DNA of 64,000 nucleotides from Bacteroidales bacterium. Lineage in GTDB: Bacteria > Bacteroidota > Bacteroidia > Bacteroidales > VadinHA17. Under the pieces are notes generated by a model that had not been told where the DNA came from, made no database searches, and worked only from the letters and a program-made list of their open reading frames with translations. A program made the translations under genes and the position numbers. The DNA lies in the NCBI GenBank assembly GCA_017882305.1, contig JADGPU010000003.1:1006-65005 (forward strand). The letters are read 5' to 3'. Shown here piece by piece: positions 40,801 through 48,606 of the stretch; within the stretch, counting starts at the first letter, position 1; each line of letters starts with the position of its first letter.

Positions 40801-41265
40801 TATTTTGAGAATGATTTCAATAACTATGTGAGAGGAAGGATTAATTATGATCTTTCAGGATTAAGTGAAGGCAATCATTCTGTTACAGTAAAAGCCTGGG
40901 ACAACTTTAATAACTCCTCAGAAAAAACGATTTCCTTCAGGGTGGTAACAGGAGAAAAATTAATGCTCAGGAACCTTATTAACTATCCGAATCCTTTCTT
41001 AAGTGAAACCAATATAAGTCTCGAGCATAACAGACCTGATAATAAGTTAGATGTTACAATAAAAATCTTTAGTATTGATGGAAGAATAATTAAAATTATA
41101 AAGACAAAGGTCGAGACAACCGGGTATACTCTGCCAACTATAGTATGGGATGGAAATGATGAAGGAGGAAGAAAAGTCGGAAAGGGAATGTATCCCTATA
41201 CAGTCACTGTTATTACGGGAAAGGGTGAGACAGCAAGGGTATCGGGCCGAATGATCATTTTGTGA
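37852..41265 (+). CDS. porU: type IX secretion system sortase PorU (C25 peptidase-like)
   Basis: 1137 aa with a signal peptide. Gingipain/C25-like core (LLLFGDGSY, YTGHGNE, ITATCEFSRFD) and a C-terminal NYPNPF ... Ig-like CTD. Confidence 0.85.
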   Translation: MRRIFQILPLFLLLLSANLYAQNSKDSYSSNSKLSEGLWFKIAVTSDGIYRIDYSRLKQLGLEDPSNPRIFGNNSGQLSYYNDDPKPDDLKELSILTFTGSDGIFNEGDYLLFFAKGTGRWLYNQTTKEYDYLHHNYSDTAFYFITSEPTPGKKIVTAVEPPQPATYTSSESDALFIHEQDNENLIKSGRDWFQEISTIHIDPGFTELVSSENVKYNIRVAARASVPTIFRLYEGNLLEKSIQADGVDLFDYTGTYAQITDSAGSIQPSSISPVYDITFFNNGETGAHGWLDWITLQGRRSNSFSGSEMQYSDSKSVAPGRVTGFTIKSLNNDALIWDITDPLNVKQIQYTRDGENIGFKSTTDTLKTFIAFTTDNAVVPLIKTAAVPNQDLHSSASADMIIITHPLFKAYAEKLADIHLKDDGLKSQIVTPEQIYNEFSGGIPDIAAIRNFLRMKYFKQKGSSHPLKYLLLFGDGSYENKTPPPNNPNFIPTYQSQNSNVVVSSFTSDDFYGLLNDGDGEADGTLDIGIGRLPVSDTTQAGIVLSKIKRYLDPANMGDWKNVICLTADDEDGNTHMADAEGLAAVLNDSVPAYNIDKIYLDAFSQITTVNGQSYPEVNKAINDRINSGCLIFNYTGHGNESGLAAERVVKTEDINSWKNGGKLPLFITATCEFSRFDDIEINLATRQITGKPSGGEMVLLNKDGGGIALMSTTRVVYSAPNYDLNRNIFSSAFNHDESGNPLCLGDIIKIAKNTSGSGPNKRNFTLLGDPALKLAYPYHGKVITDSVNNVSVYDKIDSLKALSLITIAGHIEDPLGKPLNTFNGVVSPLVYDKSSKIKTLANDGGQSMTFNLRNNILFSGKTMAKKGRFRFTFIVPRDIDYSFGSGKISYYANDDKEDMNGSFNDIIAGGFFKTLLTDNEGPDIKLYMNDTLFRNGGLTDSNPRLIAIINDKDGINTTGSGIGHDLTGFLDNESNRSFLLNSYFENDFNNYVRGRINYDLSGLSEGNHSVTVKAWDNFNNSSEKTISFRVVTGEKLMLRNLINYPNPFLSETNISLEHNRPDNKLDVTIKIFSIDGRIIKIIKTKVETTGYTLPTIVWDGNDEGGRKVGKGMYPYTVTVITGKGETARVSGRMIIL

Positions 41266-41298
41266 CAATTGTACAATATTATGGATGAAAAATAGTTT

Positions 41299-41306
41299 TA
41301 TATTTG
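41299..41306 (+). promoter_or_regulatory. candidate -7 box (TATATTTG) upstream of porV
   Basis: Exact TAnnTTTG match, 13 nt before the first ATG (41319). This would favour the downstream ATGs at 41331/41334 (MMKKKK) as the real start. No well-spaced -33 TTG was seen. Confidence 0.35.
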
Positions 41307-41318
41307 TAAATTCATAGA

Positions 41319-42509
41319 ATGATAAGAATAATGATGAAGAAAAAGAAGGTTGCTGCAGTTTTGTTCCTCATAGCCATTTCGGGAACATTACTATTTTCTC
41401 AGCAGAGTACCGGAGAACTTAATGCGATACAGACCGTTGTTCCATTCCTGACTATAGCTCCTGATTCAAGAGCCGGAGCTATGGGTGATGCCGGTGTTGC
41501 CACATCACCTGATGTTTACAGCATGCACTGGAATCCTGCTAAATTTGCTTTTATCGATGGTAATGCCGGAATAGGTATATCTTATGCTCCCTGGCTCAGA
41601 AATCTTGTTCCTGATATTAATATCGCTTATCTTACCGGATATAAAAGAATCGACACTAAGCAGGTTTTTGCTGCAAGTCTTATCTATTCTTCACTTGGAC
41701 GTGTTCAATTAACCGATGAATTCGGAAATCAGTTACGTGACATTAATCCCAATGAATTTGCCTTCGATGCTTGTTATTCAAGGCTCTTTACTGAAAATTT
41801 ATCCGGAGGAATCACATTCAGGTTCATATATTCAAATCTGACCAGCGGAGCTTCCTCCGGGGGAGAAGTTACAAAAGCTGGAATCTCATTTGCAGCAGAC
41901 ATTTCAGGATATTATCAGAAGAAGATAAGTCTTTTCAGCAAAGATGCTCAGCTTGGATTTGGCCTTAATTTCTCGAACATCGGATCAAAGATGAGTTATT
42001 CATCATCACAACCATCTGATTTTATTCCAATGAATATGCGACTTGGTACATCAGCCACAATTAACCTGGACAATTTTAATAAAATTACAGCGACTATTGA
42101 TCTCAATAAACTTCTTGTTCCGACACCTCCTATTTATAGCAGCACAAATTCCGATAGTATAATCAAAGGTAAAGATCCGAATGTCTCTGTCCCTGTTGCA
42201 ATATTTCAGTCATTTTTTGATGCACCAGGCGGGTTTAAGGAAGAATTGCATGAAATAACCTATGCATTCGGAATTGAATACTGGTATAATAATCAGTTCG
42301 CTCTCCGGGGTGGCTATTTTTATGAAGATCCAACCAAGGGCAACAGAAAATACTTCACTGCAGGGGCAGGGTTCAGACTTAAAGCATTTACACTTGATTT
42401 CTCCTATCTCATGCCAACTGCACAGAATAATCCTCTCGCTCATACTCTGCGGTTTTCCATCGCTTTTGATCTCAATGCATTAAGAAATGCCAGCAAATCA
42501 AAGGGATGA
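41319..42509 (+). CDS. porV: type IX secretion system outer-membrane shuttle protein PorV (LptO)
   Basis: Signal peptide, then the hallmark TVVPFLTIAPDSRAGAMGDAGVATSPD. FadL-like beta-barrel length (~390 aa). Immediately downstream of porU. Confidence 0.85.
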   Translation: MIRIMMKKKKVAAVLFLIAISGTLLFSQQSTGELNAIQTVVPFLTIAPDSRAGAMGDAGVATSPDVYSMHWNPAKFAFIDGNAGIGISYAPWLRNLVPDINIAYLTGYKRIDTKQVFAASLIYSSLGRVQLTDEFGNQLRDINPNEFAFDACYSRLFTENLSGGITFRFIYSNLTSGASSGGEVTKAGISFAADISGYYQKKISLFSKDAQLGFGLNFSNIGSKMSYSSSQPSDFIPMNMRLGTSATINLDNFNKITATIDLNKLLVPTPPIYSSTNSDSIIKGKDPNVSVPVAIFQSFFDAPGGFKEELHEITYAFGIEYWYNNQFALRGGYFYEDPTKGNRKYFTAGAGFRLKAFTLDFSYLMPTAQNNPLAHTLRFSIAFDLNALRNASKSKG

Positions 42510-42982
42510 ACAGCAGGATAGGGCAGGGAATTGATTTTCACCGGCTTGAAACAGGATTAGATTTGTGGTTAGGAGGTGTTAAGATTCCCTCTGAAAAAGG
42601 TTGTGTGGCTCATTCAGACGGGGATGTTCTTCTTCATGCAATATGCGATGCATTGCTTGGAGCAGCCGGATTAAGAGATATTGGATATTATTTTCCTGAT
42701 AAAGACAATAAGTATAAAAATATCGACAGTAAAATACTGCTTAAAAACACCTTTGACAAGATCAGACAAAAAGGGTACAGTGTGAATAATATAGATAGTA
42801 CTATATGCCTGGAGAAACCTAAAATCTCTTCTTTCATCCAGGAAATGAAAAACACCATATCAGCCATCATTGAAACGGAACCCGATGACATTGCGGTAAA
42901 AGCCACCACCACTGAAAAGCTCGGATTCACCGGTAGAGAAGAGGGAATAGTTGCTATCGCAGTTGTTCTTCTTACCAAATAA
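42506..42982 (+). CDS. ispF: 2-C-methyl-D-erythritol 2,4-cyclodiphosphate synthase
   Basis: IGQGIDFHRL, AHSDGDVLLHAICDALLGA, 158 aa. ATGA overlap with the porV stop. Confidence 0.92.
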   Translation: MNSRIGQGIDFHRLETGLDLWLGGVKIPSEKGCVAHSDGDVLLHAICDALLGAAGLRDIGYYFPDKDNKYKNIDSKILLKNTFDKIRQKGYSVNNIDSTICLEKPKISSFIQEMKNTISAIIETEPDDIAVKATTTEKLGFTGREEGIVAIAVVLLTK

Positions 42983-43035
42983 AGTAATAGCACGATTAAG
43001 ATACTTTTCTCGCCGTACACCGCATACCGCTTACC

Positions 43036-45051
43036 TCACACTCCCTTCATCACTTCATCAATTAACTTATCATCTGCAATATATGGTACAGTCACATTAA
43101 GACCCGGAGTTCTTTCCATCTCTCTTTTAAGAGTAAACATAGCTTCTTTGTTCCGTGCCCAGCTGCGGCGTGCAATTCCGTTGTTGACATCCCATTGTAG
43201 CATCATTCTGAGTTTGCTTTCAGTCTCGGGAGTACCATCAAGCACCATACCAAATCCGCCATTTATAACCTCACCCCACCCTACTCCACCTCCATTGTGC
43301 AACGATACCCATGTAGCACCACGGAACGAATCACCGATTACATTCTGCACAGCCATGTCGGCCGTGAATTTTGATCCGTCATAGATATTTGAAGTCTCCC
43401 TGTAAGGCGAATCGGTTCCCGACACATCATGATGATCTCTTCCTATTACAACTGGCGCTGAAATTTTACCATTTGAAATTGCATTATTGAATGCCGCGGC
43501 AATTTCCATTCTTCCTTCAGCATCAGCATAAAGAATACGTGCCTGAGAACCAACTACCAGTTTATTTCCGGCTGCTCCTTTAATCCAGTGAATATTGTCA
43601 TTCATCTGTTGTTTTATCTGATCAGGCGATTTTTTAATTAATTCCGCGAGTGTCTCAATGGCAATTTTGTCAGTCACTTCAAGATCCGAAAGCTTATTTG
43701 AGCAGCAAACCCATCTGAACGGACCAAACCCGAAATCAAAACACATCGGGCCCATAATATCCTGAACATAAGATGGATACCTGAATTCACCATCGGGTTT
43801 CAGAACATCTCCACCGGCCCTTGAAGCCTCAAGAAGGAACGCGTTCCCATAGTCAAAAAAATATGTCCCTTTCGAAGTATGCCTGTTTATTGCCACTACT
43901 TGTCGTCTTAAGGATTTTTGTACAGCATCTCTAAACTTTTCTGGATTTTCTGACATCATCCTGTTTGATTCTTCAAAACTTAAACCTGCCGGATAATAGC
44001 CACCTGACCATGGATTATGAAGGGAGGTCTGGTCAGAACCCAGGTCAACTAAAACATTTTCATCTGCAAATTTTTCCCAGACATCAACTATATTGCCTTC
44101 GTAAGCTATTGATGTCACCTTCCTGGCTGCTGTTACCTCTCTCACACGATTGACAAGGCTGTTCAAATCTGAAAAGACTTCATCGATCCAACCCTGTGAA
44201 TGCCTGGTTCTAATAGCCTTCGGGTTTACTTCAGCTATTACCGATATTATTCCGGCAATACCTGCTGCTTTAGGCTGAGCCCCTGACATTCCTCCAAGAC
44301 CAGATGATACAAACAGTTTCCCTTTAAGAGCATCGGTTGATTTGCTGATCATCCTTGCTGCATTAAGAATTGTAATCGTTGTTCCATGAACAATACCCTG
44401 AGGTCCGATATACATATAAGAACCTGCCGTCATCTGACCATACTGTGAAACACCCAGTGCATTAAATTTTTCCCAGTGATCCTGGGAAGAATAATTTGGA
44501 ATTACCATTCCATTTGTTACAACTACCCTTGGACCATCTTTCGGTGAAGGGAAGAGACCAAGCGGGTGACCTGAATAGATTACAAGCGTCTGCTCATCAG
44601 TCATCTCCGAAAGATACTTCATTGTCAAACGATATTGTGCCCAGTTCTGAAATACTGCCCCGTTACCGCCATAAGTTATAAGTTCATAAGGATGCTGTGC
44701 AACAGTAATATCCAGATTATTAGAGATCATTAGCATAACTGCAGCTGCATTACGTGAGCGGTAAGGAAAATCATCAATATGACGGGCTTTAATCTCATAA
44801 TCGGGCCTGAACCTGTGCATATAGATTCTTCCGTATGCTGCTAATTCATCAGCAAATTCCTTTGCAAGAAGAGGATGAAATTTTTCAGGAAAATATCTCA
44901 GGGCGTTCTTTATTGCAAGTCGTTTTTCAACATCATTAAGTATCTCTTTTCTCTTTGGTGCATGATTAATATTCTGATCATACGATTTCAACGCAGGAAG
45001 TTCGGAGGGAATTCCTTCTGCTACCATTCTTTTAAAATCAATAGTGGTCAT
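43036..45051 (-). CDS. hutU: urocanate hydratase (long form)
   Basis: About 671 aa from the ATG at 45051 (MTTIDFKRMV). GGMSGAQ NAD-binding motif, YGGNGAVFQNW, IGRDHHD. The track start at 45093 would run into the neighbouring terminator. Confidence 0.88.
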   Translation of the reverse strand: MTTIDFKRMVAEGIPSELPALKSYDQNINHAPKRKEILNDVEKRLAIKNALRYFPEKFHPLLAKEFADELAAYGRIYMHRFRPDYEIKARHIDDFPYRSRNAAAVMLMISNNLDITVAQHPYELITYGGNGAVFQNWAQYRLTMKYLSEMTDEQTLVIYSGHPLGLFPSPKDGPRVVVTNGMVIPNYSSQDHWEKFNALGVSQYGQMTAGSYMYIGPQGIVHGTTITILNAARMISKSTDALKGKLFVSSGLGGMSGAQPKAAGIAGIISVIAEVNPKAIRTRHSQGWIDEVFSDLNSLVNRVREVTAARKVTSIAYEGNIVDVWEKFADENVLVDLGSDQTSLHNPWSGGYYPAGLSFEESNRMMSENPEKFRDAVQKSLRRQVVAINRHTSKGTYFFDYGNAFLLEASRAGGDVLKPDGEFRYPSYVQDIMGPMCFDFGFGPFRWVCCSNKLSDLEVTDKIAIETLAELIKKSPDQIKQQMNDNIHWIKGAAGNKLVVGSQARILYADAEGRMEIAAAFNNAISNGKISAPVVIGRDHHDVSGTDSPYRETSNIYDGSKFTADMAVQNVIGDSFRGATWVSLHNGGGVGWGEVINGGFGMVLDGTPETESKLRMMLQWDVNNGIARRSWARNKEAMFTLKREMERTPGLNVTVPYIADDKLIDEVMKGV

Positions 45052-45091
45052 AAAGTAAGATTGTGAATTATAATGTAAAGTTAGTAAAAAC

Positions 45092-45119
45092 AAAAAAGCC
45101 GACCCTTATAGAGTCAGCT
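45092..45119 (-). terminator. rho-independent-type terminator after the zinc-ribbon gene
   Basis: On the minus strand, agctgac-(9-nt loop)-gtcggct (6 of 7 pairs) is followed by TTTTTT. It starts about 20 nt after the stop at 45140. Confidence 0.5.
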
Positions 45120-45139
45120 TTCTTTATTCTGTCTGCCTT

Positions 45140-45904
45140 CTACAAGTGACCTTCTTTTATTATTTCATCATCAACGAGAATTCGTCCGCAATATTCACAT
45201 ACAATAATTTTCTTTCTCGATTTGATATCAAGTTGTCTCTGTGGAGGTATCTGATTAAAACAACCACCGCAGGCATCTCTTTGAACCGGAACTACTGCAA
45301 GACCGTTTCTGGCATTGGAACGGATTCTTTTATAAGCGGTAAGCAGCCTTTCTTCAATAATTGCCTCAACTTTTTCAGATTTCTTATAGAGACCCTCTTC
45401 CTCTTTCTGAGTATCGGAAATAATCTCATCGAGCTCTGATTTTTTGTTTTCAAGATCGCTCTTGCGGTCGGCAAGAGTAGCCTCAGAATCGACAATAACC
45501 AATTTCTTTTCTTCAATCAGAAAGTTGAACTCCTTAATTTTTTTATTGAACAGTTCAATCTCCAGGTTTTGATATTCAATCTCTTTCGAAAGGGAATCAA
45601 ATTCCCTGTTATTGCGTACGTTTTTTTGTTGCTCTTCGTATTTTTTTATCAGGGCTTCAGCATCGGTAATCTCATTATTCTTCTTTACAACTGACTTTTC
45701 AAGGTTCCCCACTTCATCTTTCAGATTCCCTAACCTTGTCTCGAGTCCTACTATCTCATCTTCCAGATCCTGTACTTCAAGAGGTAATTCTCCTCTAAGA
45801 GTTTTAATCTTATCTATCTCTGAATCAACTAATTGTAAACCATATAACGCTCTTAATCTCTCTTCTACAGAAATTTCGGACTCATGTGATTTTGCTTTTT
45901 CCAT
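45140..45904 (-). CDS. coiled-coil protein with C-terminal C4 zinc ribbon (COG1579-like)
   Basis: 254 aa. Long heptad-rich Glu/Lys region, then CGGCFNQIPPQ ... VCEYCGRIL. Directly downstream of a Nif3 gene, a commonly conserved pairing. Confidence 0.7.
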   Translation of the reverse strand: MEKAKSHESEISVEERLRALYGLQLVDSEIDKIKTLRGELPLEVQDLEDEIVGLETRLGNLKDEVGNLEKSVVKKNNEITDAEALIKKYEEQQKNVRNNREFDSLSKEIEYQNLEIELFNKKIKEFNFLIEEKKLVIVDSEATLADRKSDLENKKSELDEIISDTQKEEEGLYKKSEKVEAIIEERLLTAYKRIRSNARNGLAVVPVQRDACGGCFNQIPPQRQLDIKSRKKIIVCEYCGRILVDDEIIKEGHL

Positions 45905-45906
45905 TT

Positions 45907-47001
45907 TTAAAAATAATTTATCGGATTCGTGTTTATTTCTGAAAACCGGACTGCAAATTTAGGGAATTTTTTAATAATTAAATCTTTTAAAATTTCTCCT
46001 GAGAATTTTTCGGTTTCAAAATGTCCTGCATCCACGAGCAGTATCTTATTCTCCGCATTAAAAAAATCATGATATTTAATATCGGCAGTCAAAAATGCCT
46101 CAGCTCCGGAAGAAATTGCAAGATTGAGCAGAGATGCACCCGAGCCGCCACAAAGTGCGGCTCTTCTTACAGGTTTTCCAGTCGGTTTAGAGTACCTGAC
46201 ACCTTTTGCGTCAAAAACCGAAGAAACGAGTTTCAGAAAATCATTTTCCGAAACCGGGTCATGAAATTTCCCAATACATCCTAACCCTATTTCAGCATTT
46301 TTATTTTCTAGCGAGTAAAGATCATAAGCTACCTCTTCATAAGGATGAACGTCAAGAAGAGCCTTAGTCACCTTATCTTTAAGATGTGAAAACAGTATGG
46401 TTTCAAATCGGATCTCTTTTTCAAAATGAATCTTCCCTTTTTCACCCCTGAACGGTTTTGTCTTTTCGCTGGCCCTGAAACTGCCGGTTCCTGAAGAAGT
46501 GAAGCCACATTGATCATAATTGGCAATAACACCTGCTCCTGCTTCAAAAAGTGCATTTCTCACTATTTCAAGATGAGATTCAGGAATGTAGACAACAAGT
46601 TTTAACAATCTGTTCTCTGATGGTGATAATACATTTATCTCTTCCAGACCAATTTTTTCTGCCATCTTTCTGCTTACTCCATTACGGAATACATCAAGGT
46701 TGGTATGAGCGGAATAAACAGCAATATCGTTTTTTACAGCCTCAAATAGGATTCGTTCTGTAAATGATTTGCCGGTAAGTCTCTTTACAGAGTTGAAAAT
46801 AAGAGGATGATGTGAAACCAATACATCGCATTTATGTCCAATAGCTTCATGAATTACCTCCTCTGTAATATCTAGAGTGATCATCACCGAAGATATTTCT
46901 CTTTCGGGTAAGCCGATCTGCAGTCCTGAATTATCATACCCTTCCTGAAATGACAGGGGAACTGCTGAATCGAGATATGAACAAAGATCTTTTAATTTCA
47001 T
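45907..47001 (-). CDS. Nif3-like dinuclear metal centre protein (YqfO/YbgI family, with PII-like insert)
   Basis: VLVSHHPLIF, YSAHTNLD, CGGSGAS, 364 aa. Confidence 0.85.
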   Translation of the reverse strand: MKLKDLCSYLDSAVPLSFQEGYDNSGLQIGLPEREISSVMITLDITEEVIHEAIGHKCDVLVSHHPLIFNSVKRLTGKSFTERILFEAVKNDIAVYSAHTNLDVFRNGVSRKMAEKIGLEEINVLSPSENRLLKLVVYIPESHLEIVRNALFEAGAGVIANYDQCGFTSSGTGSFRASEKTKPFRGEKGKIHFEKEIRFETILFSHLKDKVTKALLDVHPYEEVAYDLYSLENKNAEIGLGCIGKFHDPVSENDFLKLVSSVFDAKGVRYSKPTGKPVRRAALCGGSGASLLNLAISSGAEAFLTADIKYHDFFNAENKILLVDAGHFETEKFSGEILKDLIIKKFPKFAVRFSEINTNPINYF

Positions 47002-47010
47002 AGAGTTTCT

Positions 47011-47110
47011 TCTCGGTGTTTCTCTGTTGACCCTCTGTGGCTCTCAGTGTAACAAAAGAATTTAGAACTGACACAGAGTTACATAGAGAAGACGCAAAGT
47101 TACACAGAGT
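47011..47110. repeat. intergenic array of phased heptamers: four CTCTGTG-like words then four CACAGAG-like words in mirror arrangement
   Basis: Left words are at 47012 (ctcggtg), 47022 (ctctgtt), 47033 (ctctgtg) and 47043 (ctcagtg). Right words are at 47072 (cacagag), 47082 (catagag), 47093 (cgcaaag) and 47103 (cacagag). Spacing is 10/11/10 bp on both sides. Flanked by catagagtttct (46999-47010) and cacagagtttct (47103-47114). Confidence 0.75.
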
Positions 47111-47114
47111 TTCT

Positions 47115-47450
47115 TTATATATTATCTCTTATATCGAGAAGCATGGATTTAATTTTCTGAAGCGATTCATTGATCTCATACTTATAATCCGTTTCATCCC
47201 ACTTTTCTGATAGTTTCTTTTTAGCGCCAGAAAGAGTCATACCCTCTTCTTTCACAAGATGATGTAGTATTTTGAGGTTCTTGATGTCTGCCGGGGTGAA
47301 GAGCCTGTTGCCCTTTTTATTTTTCATGGGTTTGAGAATATCGAACTCATTTTCCCAGAAACGGACGGTAGAGACCGGGACTTCCAGCATTTCAGCTACT
47401 TCCCCAATTGAATAATAGAGCTTTTCGACTTTTTTTTCTTTATATGGCAT
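47115..47450 (-). CDS. MerR family transcriptional regulator (short)
   Basis: YSIGEVAEMLEVPVSTVRFWENEF helix-turn-helix, 111 aa. Confidence 0.85.
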   Translation of the reverse strand: MPYKEKKVEKLYYSIGEVAEMLEVPVSTVRFWENEFDILKPMKNKKGNRLFTPADIKNLKILHHLVKEEGMTLSGAKKKLSEKWDETDYKYEINESLQKIKSMLLDIRDNI

Positions 47451-47546
47451 ACTAACTATTTATATGAGGTTTCACCAGTCCGGCAACTTGAAGTCCATTA
47501 AAATAACAACATCAGCACCCTGACCAAACATTAGATGTGAACAATC

Positions 47547-48527
47547 TTAATCAAAAGACTGCCCGGTTTTAGATGCAATCTCAATCATTTTTACGTATTC
47601 GGCAGAACTAAGATCCTCGAAATAATAGTTGACCGGATCAACATTTACACCATTCAGTTTGATCTCGTAATGAAGATGGTTGGCAACCGACATTCCTGTA
47701 CTTCCCACAAAACCGATAATATCTCCTCTTTGTACTTTCTGGCCTACTCTTACATTGAAATTACTCAGATGTGCATAGATACTTGTATATCCGAAACCAT
47801 GATCAATAATTATATGTTTACCAAGGCCTCTCTGGGATGATGATAGGTCAACAATAGTCCCATTACCTGTCGCATAGACATCAGTTCCAGCGGGAGCAGT
47901 GAAATCCATTCCGTAGTGAAACTTACTGATTTTATAATACGGATGAATTCTCCAACCGAAACCAGAAGCTGTTCTTGTCAGATCCTTATTTGAGATCGGA
48001 ATAATTGCAGGAACTGATTTGAGCATATCTTCCTTGTTCCTGGCCAGTCTAATCAGATCGTCGAATGATTTTGACTGAACATAAACTTTTTTCCTGATCT
48101 TATCGAGTCTGTTTGCTGTTTCTATAACAAGGTTGGAATTACTATAACCCTCAAGAGCTTCATATCTGTTTACGCCTCCGATCCCCCCCTCTCTCAGGGT
48201 AGCAGGGATCGGTTCAGCTTCAAAAATGGTTCTGTACAGATTATCATCAGTCTTCTGAAGATCTTCAAGAACACTTTCAACATTTGCCATCTCCCTGTGA
48301 ATCAGGTCATACTGAATTGTCATCTGCTCAACTTCCCGCTTAAGGGCTTTCTCCTTGGGAGAATCGAAGAAGGATGCAAATATGATCCAGTAAATTAAAG
48401 CAAAAATGAGTGACCCTATAAAATAGGCAAGAAACCTTAGCAACAATGCCGCTATGCCAAGTCTTATTTTATCAAAACTCACAGAATCGGGATTAAACTT
48501 ATATCTTGTTGGTTTCATATTGTGCAA
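47547..48527 (-). CDS. membrane-anchored M23 family metallopeptidase
   Basis: N-terminal TM (FLAYFIGSLIFALIYWIIF), coiled segment, HYGMDFTAPAGTDVYA, GSTGMSVANHLHYEI. Confidence 0.88.
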   Translation of the reverse strand: MHNMKPTRYKFNPDSVSFDKIRLGIAALLLRFLAYFIGSLIFALIYWIIFASFFDSPKEKALKREVEQMTIQYDLIHREMANVESVLEDLQKTDDNLYRTIFEAEPIPATLREGGIGGVNRYEALEGYSNSNLVIETANRLDKIRKKVYVQSKSFDDLIRLARNKEDMLKSVPAIIPISNKDLTRTASGFGWRIHPYYKISKFHYGMDFTAPAGTDVYATGNGTIVDLSSSQRGLGKHIIIDHGFGYTSIYAHLSNFNVRVGQKVQRGDIIGFVGSTGMSVANHLHYEIKLNGVNVDPVNYYFEDLSSAEYVKMIEIASKTGQSFD

Positions 48528-48606
48528 AGATAATCAATTCTAAAAAATAAGAAACTCGCTATCCAATATGGACATTAAGATGATTATAATTGAATGGTGG
48601 AGAAGA

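Noticed and set aside
45052-45093. Extended hutU start at 45093, and the alaS TTG start at 49731.
   Set aside because: Both extensions add non-conserved residues. The hutU extension would run into the neighbouring terminator hairpin. The internal ATGs (45051 and 49770) give canonical N-termini.
47011-47110. Interpreting the heptamer array as a simple long RNA hairpin or terminator.
   Set aside because: Position-by-position pairing of the two arms is only 24/40, broken into 3-4 bp segments. The conservation lies in the heptamer words and their 10-11 bp phasing, not in base pairing.
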